A stretch of 64,000 nt of DNA from a virus (Duplodnaviria; Heunggongvirae; Uroviricota; Caudoviricetes). A program made the position numbers and the translations under genes. A model generated the notes under the pieces. That model searched no databases. It worked only from the letters and a program-made list of their open reading frames with translations, and had not been told where the DNA came from. Shown here piece after piece: positions 19,813-28,366 of this stretch (its first letter is position 1; the number at the start of each line of letters is the position of its first letter). The DNA is taken from the IMG/VR virus record IMGVR_UViG_3300032007_004072, positions 10,223-74,222 of that record; one strand, 5' to 3'.

Positions 19813-21798
19813 ATGTCAGAATTTTTGATTAGACTTAGAGCTACATCAAATGGAATAGAAGATTTGGCAGGAAATACGATAACAAATAATGGTTCAGTTA
19901 GTGTAGTTGACGATAATGATTTTCAGGTTAGCGGAAAAGCTATTAGATTTTCAGGAAGCAATTATTTAGTGGTAGACTTATCTCAATCATATAATTTTTC
20001 TTCATCTGATGATTATACTATATCTGTATTTGTTAAAGCATTGCAACCAACTCAATATCCAGTAGCGTTAGTGAAATATGCGGCGTATGGGCCTGGATTA
20101 GCTGTTGGTAGAGCTGGTTCATGGATTCCATACGCATCATTTAAGAATGACGGTTACGCTACTCAATGTATATCTTCATCTGCTTATAGTGTAAGCGTTG
20201 TTCATCACATTGCTTTAGTTAAACAAGGAACAACCGCAACAATATATATTGATGGAGTTGCAACAGGAACACAAACATGGTTGGATAATGTTGATTTTGG
20301 TAATAAGTTATGCATTGGCTGGGACGGTATGCAAAGTGTAACTTATTTTAACGGTGAGTTAGATGACATTGTTATTGTAGATGGAGCGTTGTGGACATCT
20401 AATTTTACTCCACCATGGAATGGTGTTACACTTCCATCTAAATTTGCTTTTCTTTCAAATAATTCATTATATACAGGAGCATCATTAACACAATTATCTA
20501 ATTCGTGGAATACACTAACAAATGCACAGAAAGAAGCATTAGTACCATCATTTAGTGATGATATGCCAGCAATATCAAATTTAGCAACTATATCACCATT
20601 TAGAGTATTAACAGATGATACTTCTTCGACAAATGTAAAAGTAACAGGACAGCCAAAACCACAGACAATAGAACCAACATCACTAATAAATACAGGAGCA
20701 GTATCTACAGTACAATCAATAAATATAACTAATACAATAACAGATACCACAGTTAAATTTGCGATAACTACAGATTTAACTACTTACAAGGTATATGATG
20801 CTATACAAGGGGAGTGGGCAACATCTACTGATATAGAAGAAGATGGTATGAGTATCGCACAAATAAATGCATTAACACCAGAGATGTTAGCATTATTAAA
20901 TATATCAAATGGTATAGCATTTAAGCAATGTTTTATAGGAACAAGTGAAAATGCATCAGCAGAATTATCAGAAATATCAGCAGTAGTAGATATTGATGGT
21001 AGTTGGAGTCAGTCTGTACATGGAACTGACTATAATGTGACTTATCCAAATAAAACTACAATGTCAGTAAGATTACTAACAAATGGTGATTATATTATAA
21101 ATTATCCTGTAACTAATGAAGCTAATAATGGAAATGGTAGTGAGGTAATTGATGCAAATACCCTTGTATTGATGCACTTTGATAATAATATAGAAGATGT
21201 TGGTAAAGCACGAGTAGTTTGGCAAGCAGTTGGTATAGATCCAACATATAGTAGTATATATAAGAAATTTGGTAGTGCTATGCAAGCTAATAATACAAAT
21301 AATGCTAAGAAGTATATAAAAGCTGATAGTTCTTTCTCTATAAATACTCATGCATTTACAGTAGATTTTTGGTTAGTTTATACTGATAATAATTATGGGT
21401 ATCAAGGATTGTTTGGTGTAGTTAATGAATCTATAAGACCGCATATGCTTTGTTATGTAAGGCATGATAGTTTTAATAGTAAATTTAGATATATTATTAT
21501 TTCTGTGTCTGGTACATCTTTAATTGATATACAAAGTTCCTCAGCTATACTAAATGGTACACACCATATAGCTATAGTTGGTAGTGGTGGTGTAATATCT
21601 ATATATATTGATGGTGTATTGTCATCAAGTCAAAGTGGTATATCAGAACAAACGCTTTCATTTAGTGATTTTATTATTGGAATGGATTCAAGTCAATATA
21701 ATAACTATACGAATTCTTATATTGATGAGTTTAGAATATCTTCGATAGCTAGGTGGACTAGCAACTTTGATCCGCCAGTAAGTCCATATGGAGTCTAG
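19813..21798 (+). CDS. tail fiber / receptor-binding protein (661 aa) with two LamG domains
   Basis: N-terminal LamG (LIRLRATSNG...GKAIRFSG...YTISVFVKA) and C-terminal LamG (LVLMHFDNN...AFTVDFWLVY...IDEFRIS). Confidence 0.75.
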   Translation: MSEFLIRLRATSNGIEDLAGNTITNNGSVSVVDDNDFQVSGKAIRFSGSNYLVVDLSQSYNFSSSDDYTISVFVKALQPTQYPVALVKYAAYGPGLAVGRAGSWIPYASFKNDGYATQCISSSAYSVSVVHHIALVKQGTTATIYIDGVATGTQTWLDNVDFGNKLCIGWDGMQSVTYFNGELDDIVIVDGALWTSNFTPPWNGVTLPSKFAFLSNNSLYTGASLTQLSNSWNTLTNAQKEALVPSFSDDMPAISNLATISPFRVLTDDTSSTNVKVTGQPKPQTIEPTSLINTGAVSTVQSINITNTITDTTVKFAITTDLTTYKVYDAIQGEWATSTDIEEDGMSIAQINALTPEMLALLNISNGIAFKQCFIGTSENASAELSEISAVVDIDGSWSQSVHGTDYNVTYPNKTTMSVRLLTNGDYIINYPVTNEANNGNGSEVIDANTLVLMHFDNNIEDVGKARVVWQAVGIDPTYSSIYKKFGSAMQANNTNNAKKYIKADSSFSINTHAFTVDFWLVYTDNNYGYQGLFGVVNESIRPHMLCYVRHDSFNSKFRYIIISVSGTSLIDIQSSSAILNGTHHIAIVGSGGVISIYIDGVLSSSQSGISEQTLSFSDFIIGMDSSQYNNYTNSYIDEFRISSIARWTSNFDPPVSPYGV

Positions 21799-21897
21799 TT
21801 TTGGTATTTAATAAAAGTTGTATGGAGGAAATATAATGCAATGGAAATTCAATTCTTCTTAATGTTACTACAAGCAGTAGTATGGAGGTGATATAAC

Positions 21898-24198
21898 TTG
21901 AAATTTTCAGCTTTAGCAATATCTCTAGCATCACTAGCAACATTTAATACTGCTTTTGCGCTACCTACTGGTGAAAATATTAGGTCAGGTAGCGCAGATA
22001 TAGCTAGAGATGGTAACTCAATGGTAATAACACAAAATACTAATAGAGTAGCTATTGACTGGAATACTTTTAATGTAGATAGAAATGAATTAGTAAGATT
22101 TAATCAGAATGGTGGAATAGCCTTAAATAGAGTGGTAGGTAATGACCTATCCTCTATTTTTGGCAGAATACAATCTGATGGTACGGTTATACTAATTAAT
22201 CCTAATGGTATTCTTTTTGGCGAAGGTTGCCAAATAGATACTGGAGCATTTATAGCATCTACAAAAAATATTTCAGATGATATAATGACTAATTTTAGTA
22301 TGTCAAATGACCCATTAATTTCTTTTGAGCCTGATGAACACGGTAATATAGTAAATATGAATGGTATAATAAAGGCTGATAAAGTAGAATTAGGTGAAGA
22401 TGGTGAGATTTATCTAAAATCTAGTAATGATGCGTTAATAACAGGCGATACAAAAGTTAATAATTTTATAGTTGTAGGAGAAAATATAAATTTAGAAAAT
22501 GGTACTTTTATATCTACTGGAGATACTAATTTAATATCTAAGGTAGATACTAATATAAATTCTCCTATAACTTCTACAGGAAATCTTATTTTTGGTGCGG
22601 ATTATGATAAAGACTATAAAGGCATGGTTAGTGTAGGTGCTAATATATCTACTGATAAAGATTTAACATTCTATGCACCAACTACTGGTACTTATTTTAA
22701 TTATCCTAGTGGAAAAGGTAATATAAGCGCAAAAGATATTAACTTTTATGGAAATGTAGCCGTAGACAATAGCACTTTAGATATAGATACAGAAAATATA
22801 ACCTTCTATTCAAATATAGACTCAGCAAACTCTTACAATGTATATGAAAATGGTAGCACTTATGGGGCCGATGTAAAAGATGAGCCTGCAATGAAAAGTC
22901 TAGCTAAGTTTTATTATGAAAACTATCTAAAAAATATAGTATATAAAGACTTTGAAAATCTAACTAGTGAAGAATATGCTATTATTAGAGATAGATGCTT
23001 AGATGAATATAAAGGCTATCATAATAGACCATTACCAACTGATGAACAAGAAGCAGTAAAGGCATATTTTAATGAGAATGTAAAGCTAAGTGGTTTAACT
23101 GAAGCTACGGATTTTGATAATTTAACTGATGATCAATATACACAATTAGCTAAACATATACTAACAACATTTGCATATAATAATACTGATAATAGAGAGT
23201 CTATACTAAATATATGGGCAAATGCAGTTAATTCCGCAAAGGAAGGAACTGAAGGTGGAGATGCAGTTGGTGATAAATATTTAGCTACAATAACTGATTC
23301 GCTAGAAAATTGGAGAGTAACTTCCATGCTAAAAGGTAAAAGTTATGAATATTTCCTTGGTGGAAGAACTGATATAGTAGGCAAGAACATTAAAGACAAT
23401 AGAGTATTTAAGTGGTATACAGGAATATCTAAAGATGTAGTATTCTTTACATCAACAGGAGAAGGAGAAGGTATAACACATACATATTCAGCTTGGTCTA
23501 AAGATCCAAATGGAATATTTGGTTATGTGTTTAATGAACCTAATAATAATTCTAATTATGACCAACCATATGTTGCAATAGGTTGGCACGATAATAGTGG
23601 CAACAGTTGGGCAGATGTAGATGATGCTAAAAATACAGTAAGAGGACTTATACAAGAAATAAATAATCCTCGCTCAACAATAAACATAACATATACAGGT
23701 TCGCATGAAGAAAAAGGAAAAGTAGGAGATTCAGTACCTATAACAATAAACTTTAATAAAGTAGAACCTATACCTAAACCTGAACCTAAAGTGTATGAGG
23801 AGTATAGACCAATAGTAGAGCCTATAAGAAAGCCAGTAGACTTAGATTTTGAGATATTAATAATAAAAGAAGTAGATGGTAAGTATTATATGTATGGGGA
23901 ATACTACTTAACAAAGAATGATAGAGAAGTAGATATAGAACTATTAGATAAAAATAGACCACTACCAAAGGTAATAACTGATAGTAGGCTAAGTAAGACT
24001 TCAGTAAACCTTTTAGGTGGAGAGTTTTATATAGATTATGATGGAGTAACATATTCAATAACACCAGCCAATAAAGAAGCAGAAAGAATAGTAGAAGATG
24101 GTGATGCTACTAACAATGAGGATGTTGTAGAAAAAGCATTAGAAACCATCTATGTAGACAACTTAAGATTAATATGCGTACATTTTGGCAGGAGGTGA
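21898..24198 (+). CDS. secreted protein (766 aa): Sec signal peptide, N-terminal TPS / filamentous-haemagglutinin-type (haemagg_act-like) beta-helix domain, large C-terminal region of unknown function
   Basis: Signal peptide MKFSALAISLASLATFNTAFA. TPS hallmarks: NTNRVAIDWNTFNV, LNRVVGNDLSSIFGRIQSDGTVILINPNGILFGEGCQID. TTG start with GGAGGTGAT RBS. Confidence 0.75.
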   Translation: MKFSALAISLASLATFNTAFALPTGENIRSGSADIARDGNSMVITQNTNRVAIDWNTFNVDRNELVRFNQNGGIALNRVVGNDLSSIFGRIQSDGTVILINPNGILFGEGCQIDTGAFIASTKNISDDIMTNFSMSNDPLISFEPDEHGNIVNMNGIIKADKVELGEDGEIYLKSSNDALITGDTKVNNFIVVGENINLENGTFISTGDTNLISKVDTNINSPITSTGNLIFGADYDKDYKGMVSVGANISTDKDLTFYAPTTGTYFNYPSGKGNISAKDINFYGNVAVDNSTLDIDTENITFYSNIDSANSYNVYENGSTYGADVKDEPAMKSLAKFYYENYLKNIVYKDFENLTSEEYAIIRDRCLDEYKGYHNRPLPTDEQEAVKAYFNENVKLSGLTEATDFDNLTDDQYTQLAKHILTTFAYNNTDNRESILNIWANAVNSAKEGTEGGDAVGDKYLATITDSLENWRVTSMLKGKSYEYFLGGRTDIVGKNIKDNRVFKWYTGISKDVVFFTSTGEGEGITHTYSAWSKDPNGIFGYVFNEPNNNSNYDQPYVAIGWHDNSGNSWADVDDAKNTVRGLIQEINNPRSTINITYTGSHEEKGKVGDSVPITINFNKVEPIPKPEPKVYEEYRPIVEPIRKPVDLDFEILIIKEVDGKYYMYGEYYLTKNDREVDIELLDKNRPLPKVITDSRLSKTSVNLLGGEFYIDYDGVTYSITPANKEAERIVEDGDATNNEDVVEKALETIYVDNLRLICVHFGRR

Positions 24199-24523
24199 TA
24201 AAATGAGTTTAACTTTAATACTACAAGGACTGATGACCATAATAGTAGGATATGTAGGAATTAAATTAAAGAAAAGGGAAGAAGAAAAAGAAAAAGAACG
24301 AGAAGAATCAGAAGCTATTAAAAATGGTATAAGAGCAGTATTAAGAGATAGGATATTACAAGCCTATAATCATTTTAGTAGAATAGGAAAAATACAAATA
24401 GAAGAACTAGAAAATATAAGTAATATGTATATAGCATATCATAATTTAGGTGGAAATGGGGTAGTAACTTCTGTATATAATAAAGTATTACAAATTCCAC
24501 ACGAATTAAAGAAGGAGGATTAG
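24185..24523 (+). CDS. holin-like small membrane protein (112 aa): one N-terminal TM then a highly charged coiled C-terminal domain
   Basis: TM segment LTLILQGLMTIIVGYVGI then KKREEEKEKEREESEAIKNG...; start overlaps upstream stop; GGCAGGAGGTGA RBS. Confidence 0.45.
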   Translation: MAGGDKMSLTLILQGLMTIIVGYVGIKLKKREEEKEKEREESEAIKNGIRAVLRDRILQAYNHFSRIGKIQIEELENISNMYIAYHNLGGNGVVTSVYNKVLQIPHELKKED

Positions 24524-24536
24524 AGAGGTGAGTTAG

Positions 24537-24899
24537 TTGCAATTCATAGCAAATTTAGTAGCTTCAATAATACCGTATCTATTAAGGTTCATGGATAAAC
24601 ATAGTGATGAATACTTAGAAAAATTAAGTAATAAACTTATTAATTTTTTAGATAGTGAGTATAGAGCTACAGTAAAATTTTGTGTAATAAATAAAGAAGG
24701 AAAGCCTCTGCAAAATGTGGAGGCTGGATTTATTATAGAAGATATAGGAAAAGTATATAAAAAAGGTGAAGGAAGTATAATAACTATCACAGGGTTAAGA
24801 GAAGGAAAATATGAATTTGATATTTTTGGTCAGATAATTCATATAGAAATAGAAGATGCAAATACAATAATAGAAAGGATGGTAATTGTGGGTCAATAA
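24537..24899 (+). CDS. hypothetical protein (120 aa) with C-terminal carboxypeptidase-regulatory/transthyretin-like beta-sandwich domain
   Basis: VKFCVINKEGKPLQNVEAGFIIEDIGKVYKKGEGSIITITGLREGKYEFDIF; its stop codon directly abuts the IscB element's left-end hairpin. Confidence 0.5.
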   Translation: MQFIANLVASIIPYLLRFMDKHSDEYLEKLSNKLINFLDSEYRATVKFCVINKEGKPLQNVEAGFIIEDIGKVYKKGEGSIITITGLREGKYEFDIFGQIIHIEIEDANTIIERMVIVGQ

Positions 24900-25140
24900 C
24901 CCACCACCTATAGAGGTGGAAGCTTGGAACCAAGCACTAGTTGACTAGCCTAAGTCTTAATTGACTACGTTATTTTAGTTATTTCACCTATGAATATAGA
25001 TCCTAGTTTGTAGCTCTGAACAGGCTCTGTAAACAGTTCTGATGGGTAGGAACAGTCAACCTGGGGACGGCTTAACATTTAAGCAAGCTATTATAACATT
25101 GGCGAAGGGTCGTGTAACTCAGGAATAGGAGGTAAACTCA
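24900..25140 (+). ncRNA. candidate IscB omega-RNA (structured, GC-enriched ~240-nt non-coding region directly 5' of iscB on the same strand)
   Basis: Several stem-loops (CCACCT-ATAG-AGGTGG; GCTTGG-aa-CCAAGC; ACAG-gct-CTGT; others). GC content is visibly higher than the ~28% background. No ORF. The position upstream of iscB matches the published IscB omega-RNA arrangement. Confidence 0.5.
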
Positions 25141-26403
25141 TTGTTAGTTTATGTACTAAACAAAAATGGTAAACCACTTATGCCTTGTAACCCACAAAAA
25201 GCAAGAAAATTGCTTAAAAGTGGTAGAGCAGAAATATATAAGTATACACCATTTACAATTAAATTAAAATATGGTAGTGCTGGGTATAAACAACCAATAA
25301 CATTAGGTATAGATGCAGGTTCTGTACATATTGGAGCTTCAGCAACTACTGAAAAGAAAGAATTGTATGCGTCAGAGACTATTATGCGCTCTGGTGATGG
25401 TAAGCAAAGTATAGTAAATTTATTATCTACAAGAAAGGAGTTAAGACGTTCTCGTAGAAATAGAAAAACACGTTATAGATCTGCAAGATTTTTAAACAGG
25501 GAAAAACCTAAAGGTTGGCTTGCACCTTCTATAGAAAATAAAATTCATGTACACTTAAAATTAGTTGCTGATATACATAAAATATTACCTATAACTAAAA
25601 TTATAGTGGAAGTTGCTAGTTTTGATATTCAAAAGATTAAAAATCCTAATATAAGCGGAAAGGAATATCAAGAAGGTGATCAGTATGGTTTTGGTAATGT
25701 GAGAGAATATGTATTGTTTAGAGATGATCATAAATGCCAATGCTGTAAGGGAAAATCTAAAGATAAGGTGTTAAATGTCCACCATATTGAGTCTCGTAAA
25801 ACTGGGGGTAATGCTCCAAACAATTTAATTACATTATGTGAGTCTTGCCACAATAAATACCATAAAGGTTTAATAGATTTACCTAAAAATATAAAAAGAG
25901 GTATGTCATTTAAAGACGCTACTTTTATGGGAATAATGAGATGGGCTTTTTATAATAAGTTAAAAGAAATTTATGTTAATGTAAGTTTAACTTATGGTTA
26001 TATTACAAAAGTAAAGCGTATAGAAAATAATATAGAAAAGTCTCATACTACAGATGCTTACTGTATATCAAATAATCTTAAAGCAGAACGGCTTGATTAT
26101 TATTTTCTTAGAAAGCAAGTAAGAAGACATAATCGTAAACTACATAGAGAAGTGCTAACAAAAGGTGGTGTTCGTAAAAGAGCACAAGCAGGACATTTTG
26201 TAAGGGGGTTTTGTTTGCATGATACAGTAGAGTATAATGATAAGTTATGGTTTATTGGAGGATTAAGGCAAAGAGGGTCTTTTGTATTAAAAGATTTATT
26301 TGGAAATAAAGTTGAAAAAGTACCTTCAAAGATTAAATTTTTACAACATAATAATTCTTATTTAGAAAGTGAGGTGAAAGTGGCGTTCTCCTTTATCTTA
26401 TAG
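25141..26403 (+). CDS. iscB: IscB RNA-guided nuclease (420 aa): PLMP N-terminus, RuvC-I, Arg-rich bridge helix, RuvC-II, HNH, RuvC-III
   Basis: VYVLNKNGKPLMPCNPQKARKLLKSGRAEIYKYTPFTIKLKY; LGIDAGSVHIGASA; RRSRRNRKTRYRSARF; IIVEVASF; CQCCKG...VHHIESRKTGGNAPNNLITLCESCHNKYH; HTTDAYCISNN. TTG start 7 nt after AGGAGGT. Confidence 0.85.
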   Translation: MLVYVLNKNGKPLMPCNPQKARKLLKSGRAEIYKYTPFTIKLKYGSAGYKQPITLGIDAGSVHIGASATTEKKELYASETIMRSGDGKQSIVNLLSTRKELRRSRRNRKTRYRSARFLNREKPKGWLAPSIENKIHVHLKLVADIHKILPITKIIVEVASFDIQKIKNPNISGKEYQEGDQYGFGNVREYVLFRDDHKCQCCKGKSKDKVLNVHHIESRKTGGNAPNNLITLCESCHNKYHKGLIDLPKNIKRGMSFKDATFMGIMRWAFYNKLKEIYVNVSLTYGYITKVKRIENNIEKSHTTDAYCISNNLKAERLDYYFLRKQVRRHNRKLHREVLTKGGVRKRAQAGHFVRGFCLHDTVEYNDKLWFIGGLRQRGSFVLKDLFGNKVEKVPSKIKFLQHNNSYLESEVKVAFSFIL

Positions 26404-26428
26404 AGGATGGAGAACGCCACAAATTTAG

Positions 26429-27115
26429 ATGGCACAAATTAAAATACAAACAAAAGATTTAACAGGAGAACCAGTTAAAGAAGCTTCAGTAGTATTTAAT
26501 TTAGAAGGTAAAGGTTTAATAGAAAGAACAACTGATAATTTAGGAAATACTTCAATAAGTGGAATAGAAGTAGGAGTATTACCAGTAACTATAACTAAGA
26601 AAGATTTTACTACACAATCTTTTGTATTAAAAATAATAGATATAGATCAAATAATAAGTAAAGAAGTAGTAATGTTATCAACAGAAAATAAAGAAAAACC
26701 AAAAGAGATAGTAAAAGAAACTGTAAATACAGTAATAGCAGATACTACAAAAGCTATTGTAGATTCTTATGCATTTGTAGAGCCAAAAAATATAGATGAG
26801 GCAAAACAGTGGTATAAAGAATTAGAGAAAAATATAGATGCGCAAAAAGATGTAATAAACACAGCACTAAAAAATGGAGTACATGATGTAGTACAACAAC
26901 AAGCAAGTAACCTAACATATACACTAGGTCAACAGCTAACAGCATCTATACATTGGTATGTAAAGGAAAGAAGTAAACTAGACCCATTAGGTTCATTGGA
27001 AGATTTAGGTAAATGGGCTTCTATGACATCTATGGTCGCGGGACTATTCTTTCTAAGAAGTAGCTTGGTTGAGTATATAAATAAGTTGTTAGAATATATT
27101 AAAAATAAGGTGTGA
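26429..27115 (+). CDS. hypothetical protein (228 aa): N-terminal carboxypeptidase-regulatory-like beta-sandwich domain, coiled middle, C-terminal hydrophobic segment
   Basis: IKIQTKDLTGEPVKEASVVFNLEGKGLIERTTDNLGNTSISGIEVGVLPVTITKKDF; C-terminal MTSMVAGLFFL. Confidence 0.55.
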   Translation: MAQIKIQTKDLTGEPVKEASVVFNLEGKGLIERTTDNLGNTSISGIEVGVLPVTITKKDFTTQSFVLKIIDIDQIISKEVVMLSTENKEKPKEIVKETVNTVIADTTKAIVDSYAFVEPKNIDEAKQWYKELEKNIDAQKDVINTALKNGVHDVVQQQASNLTYTLGQQLTASIHWYVKERSKLDPLGSLEDLGKWASMTSMVAGLFFLRSSLVEYINKLLEYIKNKV

Positions 27116-28134
27116 TATTTTTGCATAAAAGTGTTATAGATATTACAGGACAAAAATTTGGAAGATTGACTGCACTTAGTTATCTTGGTGGTGGGTATTG
27201 GGATTGTGTATGTGATTGTGATCCAGAAAAGCATTTGAGAGTTAATGGTTATAGTTTAAGGAAAGGATTTTCTCAGTCATGTGGATGTTTGAGAAAAGAA
27301 AGACTACATGAAGCTTTATTTATAGATTTAACAGGGCAGACTTTTGGTGAGTGGTATGTTGAATCATATGCAGGATATGAGAAAAGGGCATCTTGGTGGA
27401 ATATAGTTTGTTCTTGTGGTACAAGAAAGAAATTGACTACACAGGCATTGAGAGATGGCATATCAAAATCGTGCGGCTGTAAGAAATCTCAGTATGTATC
27501 AGAGTCAGAAATAACTCATAATATGTCTAGGACAAGATTTTATAGAATTTGGCAAGACATGAAAAATAGATGTAATAATGAAAGTAATTGTGAATATCAT
27601 AATTATGGTGGAAGAGGAATAAAAGTATGTGAAGAATGGAATAATTCATTTATAGCATTTCGTGATGCTATGTATGATGAGTATCAAGAACATGTCGATG
27701 AATATGGAGAAAATGATACATCATTAGACCGTATAGATTATAATGGTAATTATTGTAAGGAAAACTGTCGTTGGGCAACATGTCATGAACAAATACTTAA
27801 TAGAAGAACTTCTTTACGTGTAGAATTTGATGGTAAGATTGACTTAGTATGGGATTTAGCTGAAAGATATGATAAGAGATATGATTTAGTGGCAAGAAGA
27901 CTTAGGGATGGTTGGAATATATATGAAGCATTAGAAATAGTACCTCGTAAGACAAAAAAGAGAAATGGTATAGAGATGTTTGAGCTTGATGGTGTCAAGA
28001 AACCTATATCTTATTGGTGTAAATTATATAACATTGGTAGGCATACGGTTAGACGCAGATTACATAATGGAATGTCTTTTAGGGAAGCATTAGAGACTCC
28101 TAAAGGAACCCGCATAAGTAGTGGAATATCTTAA
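27112..28134 (+). CDS. HNH_3-like homing-endonuclease-family protein (340 aa): N-terminal Zn-ribbon repeats, core R.Y..W..M..RC-x-YHNYGGRGI.VC..W ... LDRID..GNYC.ENCRWAT, C-terminal HTH-like repeats
   Basis: Motifs TRFYRIWQDMKNRCNN, YHNYGGRGIKVCEEW, SLDRIDYNGNYCKENCRWATCHEQILNRR. One of 5 paralogs in this window. Confidence 0.7.
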   Translation: MIFLHKSVIDITGQKFGRLTALSYLGGGYWDCVCDCDPEKHLRVNGYSLRKGFSQSCGCLRKERLHEALFIDLTGQTFGEWYVESYAGYEKRASWWNIVCSCGTRKKLTTQALRDGISKSCGCKKSQYVSESEITHNMSRTRFYRIWQDMKNRCNNESNCEYHNYGGRGIKVCEEWNNSFIAFRDAMYDEYQEHVDEYGENDTSLDRIDYNGNYCKENCRWATCHEQILNRRTSLRVEFDGKIDLVWDLAERYDKRYDLVARRLRDGWNIYEALEIVPRKTKKRNGIEMFELDGVKKPISYWCKLYNIGRHTVRRRLHNGMSFREALETPKGTRISSGIS

Positions 28135-28168
28135 TAAATTATTAGAAAAATTAGGGAAAGGAATTTAA

Positions 28169-28194
28169 GGGGAAAGTAAAATTTCCCCTTTTTT
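28169..28194 (+). terminator. intrinsic terminator GGGGAAA-gtaaaa-TTTCCCC + T6
   Basis: Perfect 7-bp GC-rich stem followed by TTTTTT; immediately upstream of a promoter. Confidence 0.7.
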
Positions 28195-28198
28195 GCTC

Positions 28199-28227
28199 TT
28201 GACAGAAGGACGAAAGTGTGTTATACT
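28199..28227 (+). promoter_or_regulatory. sigma-A-like promoter: TTGACA, 17 nt, TATACT (TGt extended -10)
   Basis: cTTGACAgaaggacgaaagtgtgtTATACT. Confidence 0.6.
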
Positions 28228-28262
28228 ATGTACAGAAATTAAAAGAAAAGAGTTGGGGAGAA

Positions 28263-28355
28263 ATGTCAGAAAATAGTGTTAAGTGGTTTTTGTACGGAGC
28301 ATTAACAGTATTAATTATAGAGATGCTATTTTATTTATTTGTACTAATTGTATAG
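28263..28355 (+). CDS. small hydrophobic peptide (30 aa, 1 TM); not in ORF track
   Basis: MSENSVKWFLYGALTVLIIEMLFYLFVLIV; GGGGAG RBS 6 nt upstream. Confidence 0.3.
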   Translation: MSENSVKWFLYGALTVLIIEMLFYLFVLIV

Positions 28356-28366
28356 GAGAAAGAGAA

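Larger units (their letters stand above)
24900..26420 (+). mobile_element. IscB-type IS200/IS605-like (OMEGA) element, no tnpA; ends marked by CCACCTATAGAGGTGG hairpin (left) and a 12-bp GTGGCGTTCTCC...GGAGAACGCCAC stem (right) whose loop carries the related CTTATAGAGGATGG
   Basis: The left- and right-end structures share a TATAGAGG(A)TGG core. The 20-mer CCCACCACCTATAGAGGTGG at 24900-24919 is the exact reverse complement of 34812-34831 at the TnpB element's right end. Confidence 0.6.

Noticed and set aside
26380-26420. 12-bp perfect hairpin at the 3' end of iscB as a rho-independent terminator
   Set aside because: It is not followed by a U-tract (aaatttag...), and its loop carries the IS end-like motif CTTATAGAGGATGG. 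More likely it is the right-end structure of the IscB element. The track's IscB C-terminus (VAFSFIL) is encoded by the stem and may be a spurious extension.
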